The notes: generated from the sequence alone by a model not told the origin. DNA of 64,000 nucleotides from an uncultured delta proteobacterium (GCA_963711835.1 CAVQFQ010000005.1:32001-96000), one strand, 5' to 3'; shown: positions 13,297-25,670, counted from the stretch's first letter. Translations and numbers: made by a program.

Positions 13297-14280
13297 GACC
13301 GGACCAGGTCCAAGGCCGCCGCGACGACCCGGCTGACCGCCACGCGCTCCATGCAGCGATGATCGGTGGGGCATTCCCGGAGGAGACAGGGGCTGCACTC
13401 GACAGGTTCGCGAACCACCCTGGTCCAGGAGCCGACCGGGCCAGTGGCGGTCTCGTCGGTCGAGCCGAAAACCGCTACCGTCGGCACGCCGAGGGCGCAG
13501 GTGACGTGCATCGCACCGGAATCGTTCGTCAGATACACGAGGCAGCCGGCCACAAGGTCTATGAAATCCTGGAGCGACGTTTCGCCAGCGAAGTTGCGTG
13601 CTGTGGGACCGCGCGCCTCGACCAGACGCGCGACTTGTTCACAGAGTTCGCGCTCGTCCTTCGAGCCGAACACCGCCACGCTGCAATCGAGCTTCGCCGC
13701 GACCTCGGCCGCCGCCTCGGCGAATCGGCCGGGAGGCCAGCGCTTGGCGCTCCCGAACGCGGCTCCGGGGCTGACGCCAACGATCCGGCCGGGCGCGCCC
13801 GCGGTCTTCTCCAACCGGATCGGGGCATCGGAGGGATTACCGTCGAGGAGGCCCGCGCGTCTGAGCATCTCCAGGTAGTAGAAGCGTTGATGACTGGGTA
13901 TCTCGGCGGCTGCGGGCAGGCGAATGGGGTCGGTCAGCAGCAGACCGCGTCCATCCCGGTTGTACCCGATGCGCCGCGGAATGCCCGCCAGCCAGGCGAT
14001 CAGCGCGGCCTCGAAGGCATTCTGCAGGAGAATGGCGCAATCAAAGCGCTCCGGCCGGAGAGATTGAGCGGCACGCCATATGCCTCCGAGGTCCTTGGTC
14101 CCGCGGCCGGCGGTGAGAAGAATTACGCGGTCCGCGAAAGGTTCCCGCGCGTATATGTCGCCTACCCACGGTCGTGCCGGGCGGCGGTCGGCCCTCGGGA
14201 ACCGCCCTCGAATGGCCTGCAAGGCGGGCAGGCTCATGACGGCGTCCCCCACCCAATTCGTGGCGCGGACCAGAATTCTC
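13293..14280 (-). CDS. waaF: LPS heptosyltransferase II (start missing or at junction)
   Basis: [45 protein letters not shown]. Confidence 0.88.
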
Positions 14281-15260
14281 GACGTCGACGAGCGCGGCGA
14301 GCGGCGTCAGCGGCATGGCGTGCGCCTCCGCGACCCCGCGGTTCGTCACCTCGCCGGCGAAGACGTTCACGCCGAGCGCCAGCACCGGGTCGTGGCGGAT
14401 AGCGCGCTCCCCAACCCTTCGGTTCGCGGATCTCGACGGCGTACGGGGATCGTGACGTTCGTGAGCGCGTACGTCGACGTGCGCGGGACCTCCGCGCCCG
14501 GCATGTTGCCCACGCAGGTAATGGACCACGTCGTGTGACACGTAGGTCCGGATTCCGAATGCGTCGTTCATGCGCGACGTCTCGAAACAGCCCCCCTGAT
14601 CGATCGAGATGTCGACGACGACCGCGCCCGGAGGCATGCCGGCCACCATGTCCTCGGTCACCAGGTGCGGCGCTTTCGCACCCGGGACGAGCGCCGCGCC
14701 GATCACCAGGTCCGCCTGTGCCACGAGCCGCTCGATCGCGAGGCGGCTCGACATAGCCGTCTGGATTCGCCCGCGCCAGATCTGGTCCACGAACCGCAGC
14801 CGCTCGACGTTCTTGTCGACGATCGCGACCTCCGCCTCCATGCCCGCGGCGATCCATGCGGCGTTCGTTCCCCGGCCATGCCCGCACCCAGCACCACGAC
14901 GCGAGCAGGCGAGACGCCCGACGCGCCGCCCATCAGCACGCCGGCCGCCCTTGGGTCGCTCCAGGTTCACCGCGCCGCAGGTGCTGCGCCAGGCGCTGTC
15001 CGGAGCAGGCCGGCGATCTCGGACATCGGCGCCAGGAGCGGCAGACGGCCGTCCCGGAAGCTGCACGGTCTTCGTACGCGACCGCGGCGACCTTTCGCTT
15101 CCGCAACCGCGTTGAGCCGCTCGTCGGCCGCCAGGTGGAGGTATGTGAACAGGATCTGTCCCTCGCGGGAACCGTTCGTACTCCTGCGGCTGCGGCTCCT
15201 TCACCTTGAGGATCATGTCGGCGAGGGCGGAGGCCTTGGAGTGCGCAAACTTGCTGCGCC
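14281..15260 (-). pseudogene. ald: Alanine dehydrogenase fragment with multiple frameshifts and no N-terminus
   Basis: ADMILKVKEP, LFTYLHLAA, GAKAPHLVT, VVVDISIDQGGCFETSR across frames. Confidence 0.8.
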
Positions 15261-15357
15261 CTGGAAAAGCAACTGCGAGGCGGAGGCGGCAGGCTCCGCA
15301 TAACGCGACTCTGCTCAATTCGAGAAAATTCGCGTAATTCGTGGCTGAGAATTCGGG

Positions 15358-17265
15358 TTAATTCGTGGCCCGCTCAGCGGCAATCGGGAGCGTAAAAAGG
15401 AAGATGCTTCCCTTGGCCGGGCTTTCAACCCAAATGCGCCCGCCGTGAGCTTCAACGATTCCTTTGGCGATGGCCAGACCGAGCCCGGTGCCGCGGCGAT
15501 CGTTTCTTTTCCCTTGCCTGAACCGGTCGAAGACATGCGGTGCGAGGCCCGGCTCAATCCCCGGGCCGTCATCTTCAACAAAGAAGCGGAATTCAGAATC
15601 GTCCGCGGCGTAACCCAGCCGGACTCGGCCGCCCTCGGGAGTGAATTTGACTGCGTTGCTCAACAGATTGGCAAAAACCTGCCGAATCCTGGCCTTGTCG
15701 CACAAAACGTATTTTCCCTGGGTTGGCGCCTCGGTCTCGATGGAAATATTTTTGTTTTCGGCAAGCGCCGCGACGCCTCTGACGGCATCCGCCACCAGGT
15801 CGACGGGGTTCTGGCGGTCCACACTTAACGAGAGTTTTCCTGACTCTATGGTGGCAATGTCAAGCTGATTGGCAATGAGTTGTTCTGCCTGCTCGATCGG
15901 ATAGTTCAGCCGTTCGACTATTCTGATGAGCATCTCCCGGGCCATGCCGGATTGCAGCCCCCGCTGCAGAACGTCCTTGGAAAGTTTGATCGCGGCGAGC
16001 GGCGTCCTGAGGTCGTGCGAGACGACGGCCACAAGATCCTCCCGGAGCTGGATCGCCTGTTGGAGTGCGGCTTCGACTTCTTTCGCCCGAGTGACATCCG
16101 TAATCAGCCCCCGCAATCTCAGCAGTCTCCCGCCTGCGTCGCGCGTCACATGAGCTGTCGAGTTCAACCAGTGGAGTGAGCCATCGGGCCACGTCGTGCG
16201 AAATTCGACCGAATAGGAGTTCAGGCGGCCTTCAAAAACGTCGCGGATGATCTGCTCGACCCGCCCCCTGTCCTCAGGCTCGATGCGAGAGTAAAAAGTA
16301 TCCAGCGTCCATGTGGGAAAGTTTTCCTCCTGTCCATAAATCCTGCCATGGCCTCGCGACACCTCAATGACGGGTTTCGCCGGGTCGACTTCCCATGTGG
16401 CCGAGCGCCCCGCTTCGAGGGCAAGCTCCAGGCGCTCTTCACTCTCTTTCAAGAAGGCCCTCGTCCTTTCACTCTCCTGATGGGCCCGTGCGAGATCGTG
16501 AAAGTGCACGGCCGTCGGATTCGTCAGACCGGTTTGAAGAACCGCCCGATATTGACAGTAAACTCCGCAGATCAGCAGAACGTGTCCAAGGAAGTTGAGA
16601 AAATCGTAGGGATCTGAATAGAGGGTGAAGCATATGTCCGTGGCCACCATGAACAGCCCGTTCAGCATGACATACCGGAATACCCGGTCCGAAAACCGGC
16701 TCTTCGCGCGGTACAGCATCGCCATGGAGGCGATAAAGATCCCCGCAATCAGACATTCGGACGCGATCTTGAAAGTCGTGAGTCCCCCGGCGGCAACGAC
16801 AACATTTGGCATGACTCTCAGGAAAACCGCCGAGCAGACCAGGCCGAAAGCCACGATGAATCCCATCAATAGAAGGGAAGCCGATTTGAGCAATCGATGG
16901 ATCAGGGCGGCGCCGAGCATGAATGAAGCGGCTTGAAAGCCTCGTGCGGCAAGCCACAGCTGCGGCGACAGGTTGTCGTCATAATGAGGAAATACGGACA
17001 TACCCGGGAAGGCCAGGCAGTGAAGCATTTCGAAGCAACCCACAAACAGGGCCGAAATGCCCACTATCAGCAGGAACGAATTCTGAAAACGTCTGGTGTT
17101 CCAGGTAAACAGGAAAGTGCTGAAACTGATGGTAGCCGCGGCAATCTCGGTAAGGCTGTGAAACAAAAGGTATTCGTGTTTTATCCACGGGCTGAGGGAT
17201 ATCAGCGCAGCAAAAAGGAGCGGAAGAAACAAAAACGCGGCAATCTCACGTCCACGATCACGCAT
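15358..17265 (-). CDS. MASE3-PAS sensor histidine kinase
   Basis: N-terminal multi-TM YLLFHSLTE...HCLAFPGM, PAS (WPDGSLHWL), SHDLRTPL, NLLSNAVKFT, GTGLGLAI. Confidence 0.9.
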   Translation of the reverse strand: MRDRGREIAAFLFLPLLFAALISLSPWIKHEYLLFHSLTEIAAATISFSTFLFTWNTRRFQNSFLLIVGISALFVGCFEMLHCLAFPGMSVFPHYDDNLSPQLWLAARGFQAASFMLGAALIHRLLKSASLLLMGFIVAFGLVCSAVFLRVMPNVVVAAGGLTTFKIASECLIAGIFIASMAMLYRAKSRFSDRVFRYVMLNGLFMVATDICFTLYSDPYDFLNFLGHVLLICGVYCQYRAVLQTGLTNPTAVHFHDLARAHQESERTRAFLKESEERLELALEAGRSATWEVDPAKPVIEVSRGHGRIYGQEENFPTWTLDTFYSRIEPEDRGRVEQIIRDVFEGRLNSYSVEFRTTWPDGSLHWLNSTAHVTRDAGGRLLRLRGLITDVTRAKEVEAALQQAIQLREDLVAVVSHDLRTPLAAIKLSKDVLQRGLQSGMAREMLIRIVERLNYPIEQAEQLIANQLDIATIESGKLSLSVDRQNPVDLVADAVRGVAALAENKNISIETEAPTQGKYVLCDKARIRQVFANLLSNAVKFTPEGGRVRLGYAADDSEFRFFVEDDGPGIEPGLAPHVFDRFRQGKRNDRRGTGLGLAIAKGIVEAHGGRIWVESPAKGSIFLFTLPIAAERATN

Positions 17266-17476
17266 CTATCATTTCTAACATGGAGTGTCCGCGAATCCAG
17301 TGGCATTTTCAGAAATCGGGTTTATCGCAGGGAAAAGGGCAGGCCCTGAAGCCTTGCCGGCGTCAGGGGTTGCTGCGACGGCAGCTTTTTGACTTTTCAC
17401 GGGGGAGCGCGCGGCCGCGCGCCATGCTATCATCCAACTCAAAGCGGTGAATCTCGAAAGGAGGTTCGGAATCGAT

Positions 17477-18713
17477 ATGCCAAACTCACGCAGGGTCACG
17501 GCACTATTGCCGGTGTTGTTACTCGCCGCGAGCCTTTCAAACTTCGTTTTTGCCCAGCAGGTTGTTCCCGGCATCGAGGTGCTCGTCACCGAGCAGACAT
17601 CCCTGATCAAGGGAAAGCGCATCGGGTTGATTACGAATCACACCGCGGTTGACCGACAGATGCGTCACGACATCGACTTGCTGGCGAATCTGCCCGGCGT
17701 GAAGCTGACCGCGCTTTTTGCGCCGGAACACGGGATTCGCGGCATGGCTCAGGCCGGCGGCAAGGTTGTGAATGCGCCTGATGAACGGACTGGAGTTACG
17801 ATTTACAGCATTTATGGCCAGACCCTTCGACCCACACCGGAGATGCTCAAGGATGTCGATGTGCTCATTTTTGACATCCAGGACGTGGGCGTCCGGTTTT
17901 ATACCTACATTTCAACGATGGGCGAAGGCATGGAGGCAGCCGCCGACAAGGGGATTCCGTATATCGTGCTCGACCGACCCAACCCTCTGGCGGACACAGC
18001 GATTGAAGGGCGGATGCTGGACCTGGCGCGATTCAAATCCTTCGTGGGGGCATACGCGGTGCCGATTCGATATGGCCTCACGATCGGCGAACTGGCGGAA
18101 TTCGTCAAAGCCGGAATGAAAAAAGAGGTCAAGCTTACGGTCGTGAAGATGAAAAATTACAATCGCAGTCTCTGGTACGACCAGACAGGGCTGCCCTGGA
18201 TTGCGCCCTCCCCGAATATTCCGTCCATGGCGACGACCATTGTTTATCCGGGGATGTGCCTGTTCGAAGGAACGAATCTCTCCGAGGGAAGAGGAACAAC
18301 ACAACCATTCGAAATGATCGGGGCACCCTGGATCCGACGGTCTCAAGCTCGCCGATGAACTGACAGCCCTCAAGCTCGGAGGGGTGCTCTTCCGGCCCGC
18401 TTCTTTCACGCCCTATTTTTCCAAATACCAGGGGCAGGGATGCCATGGGATTCAGGTCCACGTAACGGATCGGCGGGCCTATCAGCCGGTGCGCGTGGCG
18501 CTCCACATCCTGACTGTTCTGAAGAAAATCTATCCGACACAGTTTCAGTGGAGGGAAAGCTTGATCGATCGTCTTACGGGTTCGGACGAGGTGCGACTAG
18601 CGATCGACGCGGGCAAAACCGTCGATCAGATCCTGGCCTCATGGCAGGAGGGCCTGAAGGCCTACGAGGCCGCTCGTCGCAAGGTCCTGCTGTACGGGGA
18701 CGGACCAAGATAA
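17477..18713 (+). CDS. Exo-beta-N-acetylmuramidase NamZ family (DUF1343); frameshift at ~18335
   Basis: GLITNHT, FAPEHG, FDIQDVGVRFYTY, LDRPNP, SEGRGTTQPFE. Confidence 0.88.
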
Positions 18714-19009
18714 TTCTAACATTCCAGGCAAGTTAACTGCTGTTGGCGCTTCAAAAACAGGGCTTAGACGCAATTTTGGACCTCCTTTTTTGCATCTAAG
18801 CTCTGCCGAACGGTTACGACCAAGATTTATCGTTCTTCAACATCGGATCCGGTGGCCTAATTAATAAGCTAGGGCCACCGGCACGGTTTCGGGCACAATT
18901 CGGCGCGACCGCATGGGCCAGCGAACCGACCGCAGGCCGGGTTGGACCAATGTCCAATTCGACTGGTCCATATCACGAGGCGTTTACACACCATCGCAGC
19001 GTGAATGCT

Positions 19010-19408
19010 CTACAGAACCGCGTCCACTTCCATCTCGATGAGCATGCGCGCGTCGATCAGGCGCGACACTTCGACCATGGTCGCGCAGGGCCGCACTTCG
19101 TGGAAAAATTCGCCGTGAGCCCGGCCGTATTCCTCCCAACGGGAGATGTCGGTTACGAACATTCTGGTTCGGACCACATCGGCAAGCGATCCGCCCAACG
19201 CCTGCAAAGCTTTCTCGATGTTTCGAATCACCTGGATTGTCTGCGCGTAGGCGTCACCGACTCCGACAATTTCTCCAGCCTGGTCGGTAGCCGTTGTGCC
19301 GGTGACAAAGATCTGATCTCCGGTCCGCAAAGCCCGCGAGTATCCGATGATCGGCTCCCATTCTGTCCCGGACGAATATTTTCTTTTTTCACTCACCAAC
19401 ACCTTCAT
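19010..19408 (-). CDS. RidA/YjgF family protein
   Basis: SSGTEWEPIIGYSRA, DVVRTRMFV, RPCATMVEV. Confidence 0.88.
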   Translation of the reverse strand: MKVLVSEKRKYSSGTEWEPIIGYSRALRTGDQIFVTGTTATDQAGEIVGVGDAYAQTIQVIRNIEKALQALGGSLADVVRTRMFVTDISRWEEYGRAHGEFFHEVRPCATMVEVSRLIDARMLIEMEVDAVL

Positions 19409-19460
19409 TAGCTCTTAGGGGTAAGCTCCGCGCAATTGAGATCTCTTGCGCTCGACCCAG

Positions 19461-19739
19461 AGGAGCCTGTCCGAGAATTCGGAGGGGTCGCGCGCATGGG
19501 GCTTGCGAGGCGAGCTCGAGGCGCGAGGAGGAAGGCGATGTCGGTGCACATCGTCGACGACGAGCAACGAAGAGATCGCCCGCAATCCCCATGCGCCCTT
19601 CGGGTTCCGGCGGCGCGGGGGCATCTGCTGCGTTGGCGCTCCTCGACGATGTACACCGACATCGCCTGCGTCGCGCCGCCTTGCATCTGCCCCCGCGGCG
19701 CTCGGAACGCGGCCCCTCCCAATTCTCGGACAGGCTCCT
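19461..19739. mobile_element. MITE-like non-autonomous element with ~27-bp terminal inverted repeats
   Basis: aggagcctgtccgagaattcggagggg ... cccctcccaattctcggacaggctcct; internal IR ggcgatgtcggtgcacatcgtcga / tcgacgatgtacaccgacatcgcc; AG on both flanks. Confidence 0.75.
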
Positions 19740-19783
19740 AGTCACTGGGGACAACGACGTCCCAGGAGACCTGGACTCTACAA

Positions 19784-20459
19784 TCAGAAGCGGTAGCTGA
19801 TCCCGAGCTGGACAACAGGGAAAAACCTGTATTTTTCCACCTCGCGGTTGAGCTGCAGCACTTCCTTCGCGAGATCCTGCTGCAGCAGCGGTGTGGTTAT
19901 GGACGTCTGGAGCGTGATAGACGGGCGCCCGTGATACATGCCGCCCAAATCCACGAAAAAGCCCCAGTGTCCCCTCTTCTTCACCGGATTGTTGAAGCCG
20001 ATTCCGAAGTAGGGGGCCACACGGTTAAATTTCGCCTTTCCCGTCAGTTGCCCGATCTCCGGCAGGCTGTAACGCCGGTCGCCGATCTCGAGCGTCTGGC
20101 CTGCGGCAGTTGCTGTCACCTCGTTCAGGTTGATGATCAGTCCTCCGCCGAGACGAAACCAGTTCCTGAACGGGAAGACGTCAAGGGCGATCGGCACTGC
20201 GCCAAGCTTGAGCTTTCCATTGTAACCGATGCCGCTCTCACGGAAATCGCCGCTGTATGAGTAGAAACCGGCTCCCGCCCGCACGTTGAGAATCCCCGGC
20301 ACGAGTGAACAGCTTAAATCGGCGCCGATCCCCAGGGTTCCGAGCTTGGCGTCGACCGCACACGCCCTTCGGCTCTCGTTTTCCTGAGGCAGTGCCGGGT
20401 GAGGGAAACAAGAAAAAAAACACCAGAATCGTGGAGGGAACCAAACCTTTTGTCATCAT
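19784..20459 (-). CDS. Outer-membrane beta-barrel protein (5' part frameshifted)
   Basis: Signal-like N-terminus, AKLGTLGIG, APYFGIGF, C-terminal LGISYRF. Confidence 0.7.
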
Positions 20460-21082
20460 CGGAAGACCTCGTCTCAGACGGTAATCACGGCAAGGCATCG
20501 ACGATCCCATGACAATTCTCCTGCCCGCCCGACCCGAGAAGCTGGTGAGATGCAATCGAAAAACGCTTTCATGGTAACACGATATCGTCCGCTGTGAACC
20601 TGATGATATGACTGACGTCAGTCCCTCGGCCACATGCAGGCTTGCCGCTCTGTCGATAGCGATGCAAGGGCCCAGCGCTTCTGTTCCAGCTTCTCGTCTC
20701 CCTTGATACTGATGCGGCGGCTGACCGTCTTCCCCGCCGGGAATACCGCCCCAACCTGCCCACCCAGCGCCATCTTTAAAATTCGATTTATCATATCGCG
20801 CTATTGACGGTCCTGTGTCAGCCCAGGAAATGACGTCTATCGCAAATAGGGGAGTGTCTCCCCGATTTCGGGCTGCAGGATGCACCTTCACCGGCTGACA
20901 AACACAAATCGACGTCATAACCGTGCAACAGATATTCTGTTCATTCAATGAATTAGCAAGACAGTAAGCTAGGGCTTCAGATGAATCGGGGGCTGGCCTT
21001 TCTCTTGCACTTGGTGATTCCGGTCACCAAATTACAGAATCCGGTTTGAAACCAGAGAATAATTTTCTGCGAGGTCTGAGCG

Positions 21083-21376
21083 ATGGCATACAGTGGAGAC
21101 AATGGGACTCAACAAGATCAGCGCCAATCAACTCCATCAGCGCCAACTTTTGCGCCAGTGCAGGATACCGTACGGGATCGAAGCATCAACAGATCGGAAG
21201 CGAAGCGCTACTCGATGGTCCTGCACGGTCCAAGAATCGACTGGAGCGAAAAATGCGTAGGGTGTGACCACCCCAGGAGGAATCACTCTCGCGCCATGGG
21301 GGGCTGCATGTCTTGGGACGACGAGAACTACAAAGGATATTGCCGTTGCGGCGGCTTCAAGCCCCGGCCCAGATGA
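21083..21376 (+). CDS. Small Cys/His-rich hypothetical protein
   Basis: CVGCDHPRRNH...C...CRCGGF; gaggt upstream of the ATG. Confidence 0.45.
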   Translation: MAYSGDNGTQQDQRQSTPSAPTFAPVQDTVRDRSINRSEAKRYSMVLHGPRIDWSEKCVGCDHPRRNHSRAMGGCMSWDDENYKGYCRCGGFKPRPR

Positions 21377-21636
21377 AGAATCACTTCGCATATCGGTCTC
21401 TTTGTTCGACTCTGCCGCGAAGCCGGGCTGGCCGCTGCATCACGCATTTCAGCTCGTGAATTCGTGACTGATTTTGGGGAGGCTCGAAGATTCCAGGAAT
21501 CTCGAAATTATCCGAGTGGTGTTTCGGAGCGATCCATGCGCGGGGGGCGCCCGTGTAGCGTGAAGATGGATGTATCGGGGCTTGGTTTCCGTAGGCCGAG
21601 GTCTCTAACCTGGCGCTGTTTCCACAAGCGAGGCTT

Positions 21637-21777
21637 AGAAGCTGTGAAAAAATGCTTGGAGCCTCAAAAGACTTAACGCAGAGAGCGCAAAGACCGCAAA
21701 GGACGCTGAGAAAACTCTGCGTTTCTCTGCGCCCTCGGCGTTCTCCGCGTCGAGGTTTTGATTTTTTCACAGCTTCT
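21637..21777. mobile_element. Short MITE-like element with 17-bp terminal inverted repeats
   Basis: agaagctgtgaaaaaat ... attttttcacagcttct enclosing inverted 9-bp periodic cgcagag/ctctgcg units. Confidence 0.7.
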
Positions 21778-21921
21778 CACGGTCGCGGCTCTGTTATCTT
21801 GCCTCATGGCATGACATTGCGATAAGCGACCCGCAAAAACTATGCGGCATTAGGCGGGACGCCGGCCGTCGCAGGATTCCGAGGAGGTTCTGGCTGAATT
21901 CGTTCGAATTCGTGGCCTGTT

Positions 21922-24744
21922 TCACTTGCCAGACTGCGACGGCTTGCTGCCCACGGATTGCATGTTCGCGTCATAAACTTCGAGCGGACCGAGATCGAGT
22001 TTCTTCAACTCCGGCTCCACAGCGGACCGGTCGCCGACAACCACAATCACCATCTTGTCGGGCGACAGGTATTTCTGCGCCACCCGCTGAACCTCCGCTA
22101 TAATCACCGCCTCGATTTTCCTGGGCAAAGAGCTGTAGTAGTCAAGGGGTAGCCGATAAATGAACAGATTCGAGGTGGTGGCTGCCGTCTGGCCCGTGGT
22201 TTCAAAAATGCTCGTCAATCCGCGTACGAGGGCCTCCCTGGCCATCGCCAACTCTTCCGGCTTGACCTGCGTTTCGCGCATTTGGACCAATTCGGCAAAT
22301 ACCTCCTTGACCGAGGGCGCCGTCGCGTCGGTTCGGACCATCGTGCTCACGTAAAACGGTCCAGGGCTGCGCCGATAGTTGAAGGCGGAGAATGCACCGT
22401 AGGTGTAGCCGTGAGCCTCGCGCAGATTCAAGTTGATCCGGCTCGAAAACAAGCCTCCGAGGATCGCGTTCATGACCTGGACGGAAACGTAGTCCGGGTT
22501 GTCCCGCGCCAAACCGACCTGACCGATCTGCAGGACGCTTTGCGGCGATTTGGGTTTGTCGACAATCACAATGTGCCGCGTCATCGTCGAGGATACCGTG
22601 GGAGGTTGAGAAGGAGCAGCGGCTGCCGACCAACCGCCAAAATATTTTTCAGCCAGAGACTTAAGCTGCGACCCGTTGATGTCGCCGGCAACGACCAGAG
22701 CGGCGTTCTTCGGGCCAAAGCCGGCCTTGTAGAAATCCAGCAAGTCCCCGCGATCGATCCCCTGTACGGACTCCTTTGTGCCGATTTCCAGGTATCCGTA
22801 GGGGCTGTTTTCGCCGTACACCTGACGGTTGAACATGCGGCCGGCGAGATCGTTGGGGTTGTCGGCCTGCTGCAGCAGCGTGGTGAGCCGGCGCTGGCGC
22901 ACGCGATCGATTTCCTCGCCGCGAAAAGCGGGATGAAGAGCGACGTCGGAGAGCAGATCAAACAGCTTGTCAGTATTTCTGGTCAAAGCGCCGCCGGAGA
23001 TGCGCGTGGCGTCCATGCTGGATCCCGCACTGAGCGATGCCCCGATCTGTGCAATGTCGTCGGCAAGTTGCGGCGAAGTCCGTTTGTCGGTGCCTTCCGT
23101 CAGCATGGATGCGGTGAATGAGGCCAGCCCGGGCTTGGCGGCAGGATTGCTGTCGCTGCCGCGCAGCACCGCGATTTCCGCGCTGAATACCGGCAGATTG
23201 TGCTGTTCCATCAGAAGCACGGTCATGCCATTGGCCAGCTTGAATTCAACGGGCACGGGCAACTTCACGGCGATGGATTTGCCGGGCCTGGGAGGCGTGT
23301 CGCGCCATTCATCTCCGCCCGGTCCACCGGGCATCTTCTGTTGTTGTGCGGTCTTCGGATCGGGCGCCGCGGCACATCATGAATGACTTTCTCGCCGGGA
23401 ACGCCATAGACCACCACGCGCGAATTCGTCGTAAGACGCATCGCGACCTTCTGCACCGATGCCGGCGTTGCGCTTTCATAGCGCGCCAGATCCTTCGGCA
23501 GGTGACCGGGATCGCCGAGATAATGGTTGTACTGATTGAGAACATCGGCGACTCCGCCGAATCCACCGAAGCGCTGGAGTCCCTGGATCATTCCGGTCTG
23601 AATCGTGTTGCGCGCACGCTCCATCTCTGCCGGCGTCGGGCCGCTCTTCCGCAGAGCGTCGAGTTCGTCGTCGATCGCCTTTTCGAGATCTTCCGGCTTC
23701 ACACCGGGCCTGGCCGTGGCGGCGATCTGGAACACTGAACCGAGAATAAGTGAGTTCTGTGAGGCGCTGACGTCCTGCGCAATCTGCTTTTCATACACCA
23801 GCTTCTTGTACAGACGGCTGGACTTGCCTCCGCCGAGTATGCGCGCCAGCATGTCGGCTTCGGCATCTCCCGGCTTGTAAATCGGCGCCGTTATCCAGGC
23901 CATGTAGACGCGCGGCAGCTGGACTTTGTCGGTCACGGTCACGCGTCGTTCGCGGTGATGGGCGGGGTCACGGCCTCGATCTTCGGCACCGGCGGACCGG
24001 ACGGAATCGGCCCAAAGTACTTCTCCACGGAAGCCTTGATCGTCTTGGGATCGAAATCGCCGACAATCGCCAGGCTCGAGTTGTTCGGCGCGTAGTACTG
24101 CTTGAAGAAGTCGCGCACGTCGTTCAGCTCGGCGGCTTCGATGTCGGCGTGCGAACCGATCACGTTCCCATAGTAGGGATGATCTTTGGGGAACAGCTGA
24201 TGAAACAGCTCCTCTTCCACCAGCATGTAGGGTGAGTTTTCGCCCTGGCGCCGCTCGTTGCGCACCACGTCGCGCTGGGTGGTCAGCTTGCGCTGATCGA
24301 GCTTGTCCAGAAGCCAACCCATGCGGTCGCTCTCGAGCCAAAGGGCCAGCTCCAGTTGGTTGGCGGGCATGGTTTCGAAATAATTGGTGCGGTCGAAGTC
24401 GGTGGTGCCGTTGATCACGTGGCGCCGGCCGACTCCAGCACCTGGAACGGCTGATCGCCGGCGTGCTTCGAGCCCTGGAACATCATGTGCTCGAACAGGT
24501 GGGCAAAGCCGGTGCGGCCGGGCCGCTCATTCGCCGGCCCGACGTGATACCAAAGGTCGACGGCCACAAGAGGCAGGCGGTGGTCCTCGCTCAAGATCAC
24601 TTCGAGCCCATTCGCCAGTTTGTATTTTTCGAATTTGATCGCGGGAAAGACTTCCGGTTTTGCCTGCGGCCATGCCGTTAGCGCCGGCAAGAATGCCGTC
24701 ATCACAAGCACAGGAATCAATATAACCCGCCTCGACTGCTTCAT
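21922..24744 (-). CDS. M16 family zinc protease (pitrilysin-like); frameshifts at about 24417, 23950 and 23360
   Basis: GFAHLFEHMMF (HxxEH), NGTTDFDRTNY, SSRINLNLREAHGYTY, signal peptide. Confidence 0.88.
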
Positions 24745-25006
24745 AAAACGTGCTCCTTGAATTGATTGAGAGTGAGTCGGGGGGAAACGCGACCGGCATT
24801 AAAACCGTCCCATTTGATTATACCCCCAGCGCCGCTGTGTCAAGTTGCGTCAGGCGCGGAGGGCGCGACCTAACGCGATATCGCGGGCAAGGCGCCTTAT
24901 CGCGTCGTGAACGTTTTCGGACTTCTTCGAATCAAATTGAGGTGTGGGGAGCGGGGGTTCAACGTCGCACCTTATTCGTTCTTCACGCGTTGCAGGAGGT
25001 TTATAT

Positions 25007-25570
25007 ATGCGGAGATTACTATTCGGTTCTGTGTTGATCCTGTTGTTGCCGGCTTTGCTGCCGGCGCAGGAATTTCCTAAAGCCGAAGTGTTCGGCGGCT
25101 ACTCTTATTTTCGGGCGAATCCCGAGGGATACAATCTGAATGGATGGAACGCCTCGATTTCGGGAAATATTCTCCCCTGGTTCGGAATTGTCGGTGATTT
25201 CAGCGGCCACTACGGCGCTCCCAGCCAGTTCGGATTCCGGATTCCCGGAGTTAACATCAGCTCTCATACCTTTATGGCCGGCCCCAAATTGTCATACAGG
25301 GATGGCGGGAGGTTGACTCCGTTTGCCCACTTCCTGATCGGGGCGGCGCGGGCCGGCACCAGCGCGTTCGGATTTTCATTATCGGATACGTCGATCGCGG
25401 CGGCAGTGGGCGGAGGCCTGGACATCAAGGTGAGCAATTCGCTGGCCGTGCGGGTGATCCAGGCGGATTACCTGATGACCCGATTCAATGCCAGTCCGGA
25501 TCTTTTCTTCTCACAGCGCCAGAACAACGCAAGGCTGTCGTTCGGCATCGTGCTTCGTCTGGGGGAATAG
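25007..25570 (+). CDS. Outer-membrane beta-barrel protein
   Basis: Strong RBS aggagg; signal peptide, PKAEVFGGYSYFR, GGGLDI...QADYL. Confidence 0.8.
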   Translation: MRRLLFGSVLILLLPALLPAQEFPKAEVFGGYSYFRANPEGYNLNGWNASISGNILPWFGIVGDFSGHYGAPSQFGFRIPGVNISSHTFMAGPKLSYRDGGRLTPFAHFLIGAARAGTSAFGFSLSDTSIAAAVGGGLDIKVSNSLAVRVIQADYLMTRFNASPDLFFSQRQNNARLSFGIVLRLGE

Positions 25571-25598
25571 AGAGCGATAGCGCGAAGGACTTCACCAT

Positions 25599-25637
25599 CT
25601 GGGAGTACTGGGACCGCCGGCGGTCCCAGGCTCCCAG
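25599..25637. repeat. REP-like palindrome between convergent genes
   Basis: ctgggagtactgggaccgccggcggtcccaggctcccag; related copy gccggcgggacgccggcgacgccggcgtcccag near 28638-28670. Confidence 0.6.
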
Positions 25638-25670
25638 AGCTCACTTCGCGTACATTCGTGGCCTGGATGT

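Noticed and set aside
13129-13298. Unusual C-terminal tail on SucB
   Set aside because: It is read-through into the antisense strand of a GT9 fragment after a junction
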